Assembly: GCA_021613535.1 (NCBI GenBank)
Contig: CP075494.1
Location: 2,604,001-2,668,000, forward strand
Direction of reading: 5' to 3'
DNA length: 64,000 bases
Source: Adineta vaga
Lineage: Eukaryota > Animalia > Rotifera
This document shows, piece after piece, positions 13,301-27,445 of this stretch (position 1 is the first letter of the stretch; each line of letters starts with the position of its first letter). Under the pieces are notes generated by a model that was not told the origin of the DNA, did not search any database, and was given only the letters and a program-made list of their open reading frames with translations. The translations under genes and the position numbers were made by a program.

Positions 13301-16300
13301 TTCAACAGATGAAACCATTCTTCGACACCAACGTTATCAAACTCGATTATATTTATTTTTGTTATTTACAGTTCTCATCATTCTCACCATTTATGTACCT
13401 TTCGAAACAAAGACAATCACTGACACAAGTGACTCTATATCGATAACAACTTTTAATCAACTCACTGATCAACATCCATTTACACTCAATTGTCCATGTA
13501 GTCAAACTTCATTAGAATATAATCAATTTATTTCTGATATTAAAGTTGAATATCATGAAATATGTTCATCTGAATTTATATCATCTCGTTGGATCGATCT
13601 TCAATTTATTCAATCTCCTGTAAGAGAATTTCTCATAAATGATGTTCGTTATCAATCTCAAATGCACTTTCAATTATTATCGACACTTTGTCGAGTAGCT
13701 AAACAAACAATTAATGATAATCTTCAATCATTTAATCGAACAAAATTTATTACTCATCAAGTTCTCACATCTACTAATTTTCAAACAGAAACTAATTTAA
13801 TTATAGAACAATTTAAAACAACAATAGCAGAATCATATAAATGGACATTGCAACTCATTCAAGCAAATCCTGAAATCAATCAATTTGTTGTACCGCTCAA
13901 CTCGAAAATTCAAGTTAAAAGAGATATTTATGGTTATGAAGTTTTTCGTTTAAAACCTGCAGAAAATGCTAAATATGATGAACATTATTGTGTTTTCCAG
14001 AACATACCATGTGCATGTTTCTATTTATTTCCTAATGAATGTGTTCTACAAACGACAATACCAAAAGATGCCTTTACGAAAATTATTCCTGGAATGATAC
14101 AAACAACATTTCCTCTTCGATCTGTTTTATTATCAACATTGCAATGTTTCTACAATGAAACATGTCTATCTTACATTATCAATGAAATTAATTCTCTCGT
14201 TTCACCTACAAATTTTTCTACACTTAATCGATCGTCCTTATCAATGGCTGACAGTGTGAATGATCCAATCGAAAAATTAGCAAGTGAACTTTTTATTCGA
14301 TCATGGCATAATCAAAGTTCATATGAATCTTATTTTAATCAATGTCATCCATTGACTTGTCAATATACTTATGTAAGTCAATTTACTATTATGGATATAG
14401 TTATAGCAATCATTGGTGTGTTAGGTAGCCTTAATTTGGTTTTACTATTATCAGTACCATGTATTATTAAACTATCATATTATATTTGGGATAAAATAAG
14501 TTTTTGTCAAGAAAATATGATCAGACCGTCTGCAGAAACAATCTTTATAAGAACAGGTAAAAAAATCGACAATGAAAATCTTTTTTTCTTAAATAGTGAA
14601 TATACAGATATAACATTAAGAAAGAAGTGAGTACGGAAAACAGGAACATCGATAACAAATTTAAAGGGCGAAGGTTAAACGAAAGAAACAAAGATAACAT
14701 ATTCGTTCGTTACCAAAATTAGAAAAAAGATATTATTGATTCAATTAGAATCCAGATTATAGATTCATAGAATTAAAATTCAATGGACACTCAATCAAAT
14801 CCAACATTTAAATTTGATTAGAATACCGCAACAGTTGAATTTCGATGAATTCAATTTGATTTCAACATTTGACATTCATTACTGAATTCAAAATTTTGAA
14901 GCAACTATCAGACTGTTTCTTCTAGACTAATAGAGAACTATAAAGTTAATCAAATTAGATAATATCTTGAGGGTGGGTGTGGGTATGATGTTACAGTCAA
15001 CAGTAGCACCACACCCACACCCACCACTACCTTTAGATTGTTCTATGTAAAATGCCATCATTACTGAACAAAGATTTCTTCTGTATCTGGATCCATTAAT
15101 TGATGAAAGATTTTTTTTCTTTTAGCTTTTCTTGATCGTCTTCGTATTTTATTCAACAGTTTCAAAAAATATATTATCGAATTAAATCTCTTTCCAATAA
15201 TTCCTCCATCACAAGATATAAAGATTCTTCGCAGACATCAACGATTAACTCGAATTTATTTGACTTTATTATTCATATCCTTTCTCATTCTTGCTGTTTA
15301 TGCCATAATAGCACACGAAACAAAAACAGTTACTATCGAATCTCCATCTATATCAAAATATTTACAATTATCTAAGCAATATCCGCTAACATTGCAATGT
15401 TCTTGCAGTAATATCACAGTAAAATATAATCAATTCATCACAAAGATCGAACCTCAATATCATCCAATTTGTTCAAGTGATTTTGTTTTATCAGTTAAAA
15501 ATGGTACTGGATGGGATACAATTTTTGTTAATGATGATGATGCTGATTTTCGCTTTTGGATCAAATCACAATTGGAGATTGTGTTAAAGATGTGTTCAAT
15601 ATCTGAAAATATTTTGAATTCATCATTATCATTATGGCTGCAAAGAAATTTCATTACACCACGTGTCATTTCTCTTGTTGAATTCAACATTCAAATCAAA
15701 GGATTAATTGAAGAATTTAAGAGAACAACCGTAAATGAACTTCTCCTATTATTCAAATTACTACAAGTAACAAATTTTGCCAATCAGTTAGCAACAATAC
15801 GATCATCGAATTGGAAATTCATTATCAATTCAATATATAATTTAAATTCATGCAGTAAAAGAGAATTGGTAGATCCACAGACTTATCAGAATCACTTAAC
15901 TGCTTTAGCCTTGCCACAAAAATATGATGATGAAAATAATTGTTCATGTGGATTACAATCAAACTGTGCGCAATTCTCTACTTTACCTTATCGAGTTTCG
16001 AATCAATCGATGAAACGAATTCTACCAAACTTTCTCGCTGGTTGTTCGCCTTTAGATTCGATGTTACAGTCGAGTTTCTCTTGTTTTTTTAATGAAACAT
16101 GTTTATATCTTTTGCAAACATCGATTTATTACGTGAAACCTGTTCCAGTTAAGGTACTGGTTTCTTCATCATTATCTTCTTCTAATCGAACAGTTGAAAC
16201 AATTCTTAGTCAAATGTTTGTCGAAGAATGGTTGGAAAATACCTCATTTGATCGCTATTATGAAGGATGTGCTCCACAAATCTGTGAATATTCTTATTCA

Positions 16301-19300
16301 TTAGGATTTAATGGAATTTATTTTATAACTAAAACATTGGCAATTTTAAGTGGTTTAACAAAAATATTACGGCATACTGTGTCTTTCATGACATTGATAG
16401 TTATCAAATTAATTAATCGTAAAAGAAAGAGTCAAATAACACCAAGATCAAATATTGCTGTAACCGACTTAGATAATCTTACTCTGAATACTCTTCAGAA
16501 CGTGCCAATAACATCAATAGAGGTGATTTTTCTTCTGTTTATTGTCATCAATTGATTTTCTTTTGAATTTATTCGATCTTTCAGCTCAATGTCAATCCAA
16601 TTCAAGAACAAATCGAATCGTAAGGAATAAACTTAAATTCATTTTTACCTTTTCAATACGTATATATTTATTATTATTGAAGATCGAATAATCGAAAAGA
16701 TCGAAAAGATCGAATAATTGTAATTTGTCTGGGTCTATTAATTATACTTGCAATACTTGCAGTATCAATCGTTTCAATTGTAAGAAGAAATACAGAATAT
16801 ATATCGACGACAACAGTACTCACTACGTTAATAACTACTACTAAAATAACTGAATCAACAACGATATCGTCAGGTAAACTGTTGTGCATAGAAAAATCAT
16901 AGTATTGATGATTTATTTCAGAAGTTTGTTATATGACATTGATCTATCAGAATGAAACATATCAAATTGGTCACGGTGTAAAATCATATATCTTTCAGGA
17001 TTTTAATCGAGATTCATTTTTGGATTTAGCAGTGGCTAATTATGATAATCATACATTTAGTATCTTATTTGGAAATGGAAATGGAACATTCCAAACACAA
17101 CAAGTTTATCCTATTGGTGATGAAAGCTATCCTTGGGGAATAGTATCTGCTGATTTTAATAATGATACATTTTTAGACATAGGTAAATATCTCTCAGTAT
17201 ATAGAGCTGAATATATCTACCTAGCTTCATGATTTACCAGCGGAAAACCGTAGGAAACATATCGTGTCCGATCCGGTAGGAAATCGATATCGACCGCCGA
17301 TTTTGATAGATTTCTGTCAGTTTGGAGCAGAACTGGACAAATCCAGTTACTGAAATACGGCCTCTATGTTTCATCAATTTCTGATATTTTTCCATCGATT
17401 CGAGTGACAGATCTAAAACCATCCTTCATCTGATACTAACAATTGTATCTTCATCAGAACTATTGTGACACAAAAAAAGCAATTGTTCAAGTAATCAAGT
17501 TGCGATTTTTTACTGAAGTAGAGGCAATATCATTAAACATTTCCATGTTATGGGATATCATAAGAAATTGATTAAAATAAAAATCAAACTTCGATCATCT
17601 AAGAGAAAATCATTTACGAATTCGAGGCCATCTACATGTATATATCCTAATAGGTAATATTTTCCCTCTACTGGAAGTAGGGTATACGCAAAGTGAGGTG
17701 ACTACGTTCGTTTCTTTTTCAATTACTAGGCAGTGATAATGGTTTCCAACAAAACTTAAGCAAAGGCCATCGAAGGTGGACAATATGAATTCGAGGTTAT
17801 TTCCCTCTCATTCACTATACTTGAAGTTTTTTTGGGTCCTCTTCCAAATAGAAGCATGTGTTTATATTTTTGAAAACTTTACTCATAAGTAATAAATTGG
17901 TTAGCTTTCGCGGCTATGATATGAGTCATTAAGTTTATTTTGTAGTCCTGATTATAAGATATGGTAATACCTACGTTGTAGAAACTCTGGTTGAGCTGAT
18001 CAGAAGCATAGATATGAATCCAATGTCAGCTTTTACTAAACACTTTTGCGTTTTTGGCAGCCACACATCAGATCTTTTGAGAGACTTTTAGCAGAAGTAT
18101 GTTAGTAAAATGAAGTAACAGAATGCTGCGCTACGATTGTATCATCATCGCCATCAGCCACATGGATAACATTCCAGATATATAAAGAACTATGTTAGGC
18201 GAATATGCTCTGTTTGTAGCGACTAATAAACAGAACCTATTGTTTTGTTTCTTTTTCGGAACCGTATTAGCACAAGCGTTATCTTTTTTGAGGATAAGAA
18301 CAAATGGAAATCCATATAATTGCTCTGAAAGTGAATCACATGTGAGGGATATAGCGGGGATATTTATAAAAATGGCTAGACGTCAATTAAAGGAATTCCT
18401 GCATAGTATTGGCTTGAAAAAAGTGTCAGATAGCTAGAACGACTTTTTAATGAGATTAATTGACACCCTTTCGAGTAGAAATCAGACAGGTTTTTATTTT
18501 TTTGAAAGAATAGAAGGACTGAAGTCTGTGCGGAAAATCACACGCTGTTTCGTAAATTTCAGAAGTCTTTGAAAATTAATCTATCCGCTATTTGGGACTT
18601 AGTTTTCATAGACATAAAAATCTTCATCTATCTTATGAGAAAATAGAGAAATAAGGGATGCATGTCAACAGCTAGTCGTGAGCAGCCAACCACAGGGAGG
18701 CCAATGAACGACTAGGTGTTAGTTAGAGAGGCTTATAGTAGATAAAATCACCCACGGTGAAAAGCTCTCTGAGAAGTGACCGAATGATTCGATTTATTAA
18801 CTAAAACACATCTTTATTTTATCTTAAGCATTGTGGTCAATATGATCACATCCTTTTAGTAGAGGGTCAACGACAATTGCGCCGCGTTGCTTGTTATTTA
18901 ATATTTTAGCTCAGATAATCCGCAATTATACAATAGAAAATTGCATTATATTCAACGATTCTATTAGTAAAGATGTTGACAATTATCAATAAGATCAGTT
19001 CTAATAAGTATAATGATTGATATCTTTTTTCTGGTCAATCTCTATAAAATCGAATACATATCTAAAAAAATATTAATATAGTTCATTCAATCTAATATTA
19101 TTTATACCATAACATAGTTTGAAATGTTTTTTTGCTATTTCATAATAAGACTTTGAATGCTGAAAACTATGTATATTCAGTTCGAAATTTCTCGAACTAT
19201 TTTGAAAATCAATTCTTTCATTTCTCTCTATAAAGACACTCAATGATAAGAGATTATCTCTATTATGTCATTGAAAACTTTTTCAAGACTTGAAAATAGT

Positions 19301-20209
19301 AGCCGATTTAATCAATTGAGTATTATTTTGTTATATCTTCTAGCTATAACATTGTCAAAAACAATAAGCATTGCGATCTTTTTCGGTATCGCATCAGATG
19401 GCTCATTCTATAGCGCGACTCATATAAAGACTGCTTGTCAATCGGATTTTAACGTTCGTGAAATAGATGTTAGTGATTTTAATGATGATGGATTTACTGA
19501 TTTACTTGTTGATTGTGTGCGTCCTTCGAACGATGTATTTTTTATTGGTACTATGCTAAATTTTGGTGACGGATATAACTATAGACCTAAACAATTAATA
19601 CAGTATATCATAGGACATATAGATTCATTTGTTATTGGTGATTTTGACAATGATAGGAAACAAAATGATATAAGTTTCTGTGGCCTCAACAGATATGAAT
19701 ATAAAGTCTATGCTCTTTCAGCCATCAATTACAATAATAACTTCGCGGTAAATATCCCCCCCGGAAATAAAATTCATGGAATCCCCCAATCGATCATTCG
19801 TGGTCGATTCAATGATGATGAATTAGATGACATTGCACTTGTTGCTGTTGAATCTGATACATTACACATTTTACTTGCTTATGGAGATGGAACATTCTTA
19901 CAACAAATCTATCATACAGATAATTCTCCAGTATCTATTGTTCGAATCAATTTTAATAACGATTCAATCGATGATATAGCTGTATTAAATTGTCATCAGA
20001 CTATCAGTATATATCTCGGAACAAAACTTGGAATATTTTCTCAAGATAAAATTCTATTTCAAATTAGTCAAAATCATACTCGGCGATGTTTTCGATCTCT
20101 CAAAGCAGTTGATCTAAACCAAGATGGGAAAGATGATTTAACTTTTATTGATCCAGATGCACAATCTATTCGAGTTTTACTAAGTGACAGCTGTAATAAA
20201 CATTTTTAA
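10303..20209 (+). CDS. Multi-exon membrane protein: three tandem 2-TM Cys-rich modules, an extra TM, a Thr-rich stalk and FG-GAP repeats
   Basis: Exons 10303-11623, 13213-14556 and 15126-16522 join in frame through phase-1 GT-AG introns. Short exons follow at about 16585-16620 and 16684-16873 (TM IIVICLGLLIILAILAVSIVSIV). FG-GAP exons at about 16922-17182 and 19344-20209 carry DFNRDSFLDLAV, DFNDDGFTDL and DLNQDGKDDL. Confidence 0.8.
12072..12467. mobile_element. Non-autonomous TIR element (MITE-like) in intron
   Basis: Imperfect inverted ends CAAGGGGAAATGGCGGATT / AATCCGTTGTTTTCCCTTTG. Confidence 0.45.
14967..15025. repeat. Inverted telomere-like unit #4 (intronic)
   Basis: TTGAGGGTGGGTGTGGGT-ATGATGTTACAGTCAACAGTAGC-ACCACACCCACACCCACC. 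Confidence 0.85.
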
Positions 20210-20456
20210 GTGGTATTATCAATTGTACTTTGCTTTTGATGTTGTATTTACTTTTAACAATCATTCTTTTTTGATGATCAATAATACTCTTTTGAAAATA
20301 TCGATGATGAAACAATTAACAATATTTTTATTTATTCAATATCTAGAATAATAGATAATTTCATAAAATAGTCTAGATCATGAGATCAAATTCTATCACA
20401 AACTGATAATGAACAAGTATTTTCCCATCATTAATAGAATATGGTTCGATATATAT

Positions 20457-21780
20457 CAGGGACCGTCACAGAGCACTTTTTTAATGTCCTGCCCTACCCT
20501 CAGGGCAGATTCTACCAGGGTAGGCCGCCCTGCAGGGCATTATATAGAATTTAGAGGTCGCTCTAGCTGTCATCGTATCTGATGAACTCGAAGAAAAAAA
20601 GTACATATAGTAAAATCTCTCTATAGTGAACATCGTCGAGAACTTTCGAAAAAGTCTTCACTAAGGAAAGTATTCACTATATAAAAGTTTGTATTGACTG
20701 AACTATCATATAATTGCAGTGGTCAATCACCACTGATCGTTGACAACTTGCTAGTGTAACGAACTGATGACTGTGCATTCCACAAATTAGAATTCACTTA
20801 AACTATCTCAAATTAATAACTACCTCTTCTAACTATGGCAAATTTTTATGAAAAACATGGATGTTTATTGGCTTGACATCTTTCGAGTTGATGAAGAACT
20901 AAGTAAGCGGTGCAATAAAAGAATGCAGTCGTGATTGTGAGAAATAGCTAGTAAATACAATCATTTGATCATCCTCATTGCACAGATGAGCCTGAGTTCT
21001 TTTTGAATCAACATATCTTCGTCATTTCACAATCGTGAATGGAGAAGCCCAACATTGTTTCATCTGTAAGAATATTCATCGTTCACGATTAGTGCTTCTC
21101 TTATTCTATATGCATATGACGATATTTCTTATGATAAGTAAATTATCGATCAATTAGCTTAGCACCGTCTCAGAATATGCATTGCATTTTTTGTTTTTAT
21201 TTCACAGACATACGCATATATTGTTTTATGTGTTCTTTATATAGAAGCGTTTGCTAATGGAGGTTTTACTGTATTTCCTTATTATCTTTAAAACTGCTAT
21301 AATATTATTCTTCAATACAGATATGAAGTGTAACACTTCTACCTGTATAGATTCTATAGTCGATGAAGAAGAGATCGACGGTGCATTTTCGGATAAACTC
21401 ATGTTCCAATTTATAAAGAGAATAAAAGTAAAGGATGAATAGACAATAGTTTTCGTTTGTATAAGAGTGATGACAATTCCAGTCGAATAAACTGTCTATA
21501 TCTTATTTCAGATCTTTTCTTTTTATTTCTAATTGTAGAGAGGAAATCAACCGTAACGAATAGAAAATTTGTTGATAGCAAAGCAATAAATGAAATGAAA
21601 GTATCGAAATTCTCTATTTATAACTATCTTACTGTTGCATACCGTCAATTTTATGTTGAAAATGCTTTGAACTATATTTCTATACAAAAACAACTAGGGC
21701 AAGCAGTGATGCCCTGCCCTGTGCCCTGAGCATCTCGACCTGAAGAGCGGGCAGGGCGTACTGCCCCGTGGCGTTCTCTG
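20457..21780. mobile_element. Non-autonomous hAT-like element with CCCTGCCC subterminal motifs, possibly with a nested Tigger/pogo-like fragment near 20607
   Basis: Imperfect 21-bp TIR CAGGGACCGTCACAGAGCACT vs reverse complement CAGAGAACGCCACGGGGCAGT; flanks ATATATAT / ATTTATAT. Confidence 0.55.
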
Positions 21781-23651
21781 ATTTATATATATATATATGG
21801 TAAAATCAAGAAGTAAAGTGTAAGGATAGAATCATCACTTCCTCGACATCTTTTACTATTGAAATTTCTTAACGATACTCCGAAAGTTTTGAAAATACAG
21901 TTGCACTTGAAGTGATAACTAAGGATGATCGTTGAATAGTTCTACATCGATTTGTTTCGTGAAATTAAGAATATTTCGAGAAACTGATGATTTTTTCTTG
22001 TCAAATTGAATAAAAAATTGACGAATCCGCGACCATATGTGGTTTGTCAAAATTTATTGAGTTCCTATAAAATTGAAAAAAATTTTCTCGATTGAAATCT
22101 AAAATCTCACAAATTGGGAGAAACCATTAAAAGATTTGATTTCTTCGACTCTGAACAATCTTTAATGAAACTTGATAACAAATTATCAATTTCTCGTTGA
22201 AATCCCACTCCGCCTCTTTTTTCTCAAAAACTCAAGTGAAAGCAAGCAGGCTAAACATGAAACAATTCTTCGCCATGTTTGTGTTCTTTTATTGCTTTGA
22301 ACATAAGTACTTTTACTTTGTTCGTTTTCGTTGCGAAAAAATGATAGATCTACGGATATAACAAGTTTAATTATTATCAACTGTGTATTTTCAATTCGTT
22401 CTGTTACTTATCATACTAAACTGAATAAGTTATACAGGTTTCGTAGATCGTTTCTTTACTCTATATGTAAGTAATTCAAAAAGGATGAACTTCCCATGAG
22501 ATTCAATCCGACTTGTAAATTAGATCGTTTTCGATTGGATTCGTGTCAGATTTCATCGTAATCCGACATTTTGCATAAGACAACGATCAGATCCTGTCGC
22601 ATCTGATCTCCCATGAATCTTCTGAGTTGTAGCCTATACTGTTCTCAGGTAAATGAGACGTCCGCAAGCTCAAAAGGTCAAAATAGATCCTACATGCTTG
22701 TTTCAGTTGGTGTCTTTCACAGGTAAAACTAAATTACCGAATATTTTGAATTTGAGCATGAATTTACTAGACTCTTTATTCGAGATGACAAAATCGAAAA
22801 AAATTTCCTGCAACGGCCTATAGCTAAACTAGGATCGTCTTCTAATAGATTCTCTTAAAGACTTTTATCTAGAAAAGGTACAAGATCTTTATAAATTGAC
22901 ATGGAGGGAGAGGTGAATACTCCCTCTGAACCTGACCTGTAATTTTGTCAATTTATAGAGGGCACCCCCAAGGGTATAGATATCATAATATTTTTTGGGT
23001 TGGATAAGATTTTCATGGATGTATGAAATTCACAAAAAGTCAAAATCCTGATATTTAGGCCTAAACGAGAAAAGTAATTCTTACGCAGTCCTCCAGTTCT
23101 GTTACGAAACATTTTGGAAAAAAGTTGTTCGTGAAAAATTATTTATTGGAGTAGCCAGATGTTCGCCAATTGACGAAAGTCCAATAAGCTTGTGCTAGTG
23201 ATGTCAAAATTCTATCAACCTTTCGTTTATATGACTGTAAATCTGATATCGAATAAATTTGCTCCCATTTGTTATACTCAGATAATATTCATTTTTATCG
23301 TCATTATAGCTTTATAAACTAATAGCTATCGTAAATCGTGCTGTAGTGTTACGATTCTCGGTCACTGATGATATAGAAGCTTCATTTGATGAAGCAATAT
23401 TAGTTGCAACATCCGTGGCAAAATCTACTACCCATGTAAAAATAAAAAGACGTTTAACGGACCTGTTTTCAAATCTAACGCCGAAAACGGCGTTAAACAA
23501 CAGTTTAACGACGTTACACGAACGTTCTCTCGTGTGCTTTCGTTATTTCCTGCTATTCCGTAAAAATGCGTTGGCTTTTTCACGAAATTTTAAGCGTTGG
23601 TGGTCTTCTAACGACAATTCACTGGTTACATATGACAAAACGCTTCTATAA

Positions 23652-23960
23652 CTTTAACGTGTGAAATATTTTAACGCGTTTTATTGAATGAATTCGATTT
23701 TAATGGTACAAATTCATTATTTATAGTTAAATATTTCACTAACTTTAACGGATGAGATATCTTAACGCGTTTTATTGAATGAATTCGATTTTAATGGTAC
23801 AAATTCATTATTTATAGTTAAATATTTCACTAACTTTAACGGATGAGATATCTTAACGCGTTTTATTGAATGAATTCGATTTTAATGGTACAAATTCATT
23901 ATTTATAGTTAAATATTTCACTAACTTTAACGGATGAGATATTTTAACGTGTTTTATTGA
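23652..23960. repeat. 91-bp subterminal tandem repeat, about 3.3 copies
   Basis: TTAACG(C/T)GTTTTATTGAA recurs at 23671, 23762, 23853 and 23944. Confidence 0.95.
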
Positions 23961-24142
23961 AAAATGTAATAATATAGGATTTTAGTATGTTGTTAGAGAC
24001 GAAAAAATTATTTCTTTTGTCGTGTTGGTATTTATTGTATTTTATTGGTATACGTTATGAATACGTTCAGTTCTATTAGAAGAATTTATGTTTGTAAGCT
24101 ATAGATTTATTTCATCAATGGATAAAGAGAATACCACATATA

Positions 24143-27119
24143 CTATGAACCTTCTTCAAGATTTGGATATCGAAAAAATATAACTTTGTTTGATCTTTGT
24201 TTCCAATAAACACATTTCTCAATGATATTAGTTGGAGAGATATAATAGTAATTTTTGTTATTTTCTAAAACACCTTCTTGAACCGATGGCAAGTCTATGC
24301 TATGATCTGTTACAGATACACTAAAAACATTTCCGTTGGAAAGTGGCCAAAGTTCAAGTAAAATTTCATTATCTTCATCGCAAAAGATAGAGTTAATTAA
24401 ACCAAAATGATGTTCATTTTCCACCTTGAATAAAACGGCGGAGTCATCTGCTAATTTCGATTTGGAATAATGTAACGATGTAAAGCGGATATGACCAATT
24501 TTACATGTTGAGAAAAACTGCAAGTTTCGATTTGAAAAGATATTACATATTCTGTCAACGGATGCTAAACGATGCATTGTACGAATTTGATTGGAAGTAG
24601 AGGCATGATAACCATAACCAGATATCATTTTTTCAACATAATTTTAAGTTTGACGTCTATTGTCGAATCATGGAGATGTACACATGCATATCTAAACATA
24701 TTTAAATTGCCAATCATCTCAATTTCTTCACGACGAGTTGATTTGATTGTACGCATAATCATGCCTAAATCTCAATACAAAACAGTCAAATATTTATAAA
24801 ACTAATGAATATCACCTAATATATTTTCGAAGTGAAATGTTGAATATGAAGTTAATGGACCATAGTCAATAACAGTTTGTCCAATATGAACAAGAGAATG
24901 AACGACCTGCTGATTATGTCGAATACCATATAATTTTGGAAAATCGATAAGAAATTCACGAAGAAGGATTCTAATATCATAAGTCATTGCCAGTGTTACT
25001 TCTCGAAATTCAGAAAGATGAACAGCGACAACTAATTTTATAAAGTGATTGTAATATTTGGATTTAAGAATATTTTTAAATACTACAAAACCAAACAAGA
25101 GGATCATTCTTAATTCGCTGGCTTTCAATTTTTTAAATTTGGTAAGTGAACGAGGACGTCGACTTGTTGTTGAAGGGAAACGAAATTCTTGAAGCAAAGA
25201 AGATAAATGATGAAGATGAGTATAACAAGACCAATCTTTTTTTCGATAATTGGGTTCTAGCCACAGGCATAAAAGCTTACGCTTTAATAAGAAGCAATTA
25301 TATATTATAGGAAGCCGTTATGAATACAACTTACAAATCCACCTCGGTACACATTGTGAAGATTATCAGAGACAAAACTAGATCCGACATCAAAGTATTT
25401 CAGTTGACGAAGTGGACAAGGACCAAGGATTCCATGTTCAGATTCTTTATATTTTATAAGTTCTTTCTTGAATTTTCTTTTATCGGAACGATTTAATAGA
25501 TTAGAACTCTTTCTTGCAATTTTGGCATCATTCGATAGCTTTATCATAAGAAGATGATCATATCGATTATTTGATCTTAAATTTGGTTGATTTAATGAAT
25601 TATCAATTGGAAAACAATTGACAGAATTGGTAGAATCGTAAGAAGCTTTTACAGTTTGTCCTAATTAGTAATTATAAAATGAAAAATGCTTCAATACAAA
25701 GAAATATCTACCGCGGATTTCACAGCGACCGCATCCATATAGTGCTATTGGCTCGGGTAAATTCTGTGTTAATGATTGAGCAGGCTTATCCATACACGCA
25801 CATATTAAAAATACTTTTAAAGTTTGTGTAATATAAGTCTGATTTGAACGACGTTCAAAAGTAACTCCCTTTTCCAACTGTTTAAGTTGGTCAACAACTG
25901 ATTGAAGAAAAGCTGACATTTCGGATCTTTTTGGTTTGCTGGGACCTGGCCATATGCCACCGAGTATTATGTTCTGAAAACAAAATCTTTTTCTACGATT
26001 AATTTCGTTTACTACGAAAGTCATTGGCCAAATAGATTTTTCTGAACTGTTAAAGGGTTGTATACCATCTGTACTCATGGTTAGTGTAAGAAATGGTTCA
26101 GTTTCTTCACGTAGAATTTCATTATAAGAATTTCCATGTACTACATCTTTCATTGGAAACATAGAACGACGTGTATGTTTTGTGCACATTGGTAAGACTA
26201 AATCATCTGTCGTAGCTAATATTAAAGAAAGTTGCTCAAGTATATCAAACGTGTAAAAATAATTAGGTATTGTGGCAGGAGGTGCAAATAACCATCTACA
26301 ATTATCATTTGAGCACGTGAACATATCATTAGAAGCGGTTTTACAAGTTGGACATATCCATTTTTGATTTCGACAAAGCGGTACAACGATTGAATCATTA
26401 AACGCTTGCTTGATTTGAAACCAACTGCGAGGAGCATTTGGTACTTTAAGGAGATTCAATAATAAACATATGTCATTAACACAAACAGCAGATAAAGAAT
26501 GCCGAGTTTTAATTGAAATCAAAGCTGCAGCAATATCGATTTTTTCTATTGACCGTATAAATGCTTCTGAATGAGTTGTGGACCTGAAAAGTTATTGCAA
26601 AAGAACTATGCAGCTAGCTTGATCAATACGATTTTTCTAATAAACTTTTTATTTCCATAGAAAAAAAGCCTATTTTTTATTCAGTCATAAAAAATCAAGA
26701 TTGAAAACTTATGTAATAAAGAGCATCATTGAAATTTATTACATACGTATTTGATTCATCCTCAGATACAGCAGGTTCATCTACACTTTGAGATTTAAAA
26801 CTTGCAGGTGAACAATCAGTAGAATGTAACGATGATTCATTATTTAGAGAACCCAAAATATCATTAGATACATCATTTAATGAATCAAAATCATCATCAG
26901 TTAAATCATTAACATTGATAGCTATTGAATCTCTTTTATCTCGACATAAATCTTCATTTATTCGTTCGCATTCATCCACTAAATTAAAAAAAATAGATTT
27001 AAGAAAACCTTAGCTTTAAACACACAGAAACGTTCATTTGTATTCGCACGCATTGCCATCCATTGCCGATTTGTAAAAGCCTTTCGACCTAGCCTCCATG
27101 TAGCCATTTTCTTTGCCAT
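24143..27119 (-). CDS. CACTA/EnSpm-type DDE transposase (Tnp2-like), multi-exon
   Basis: ORFs 25665-26522 (LTMSTDGIQPF, SIWP, ILGGIWPGPSKP, DKPAQ, GCGRC), 25305-25547 (DNLHNVYRG), 24802-25197 (KASELR, VHSLVH, YGPL..STFHFEN) and 24143-24628; probable ATG at 27119. Confidence 0.85.
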
Positions 27120-27445
27120 TTTATGTCAACGACCAAAACTATATGATTTTAAAGTTCAAAGGCAATTGAAATCAATATAACTATAATATGTAATAATACA
27201 GATGAAAATCTTACAAATACGCAAAAAAGTTGGTTTATATCAATTTATCACTTGTAAATCTTTATTAACTTTTTTATTAGTCTAGATACTTTGAAATAAA
27301 AATGAAATAGTATGGAGAAATAGAAGATAAATCGAATCAGGAGAGTATGACTACATATATAAAAAAACATAGAATAACCATTGAACATAAAATTGATTTA
27401 ACCAGCAAATAATACAACTAAATTATTTATAACAATATGGTATCT

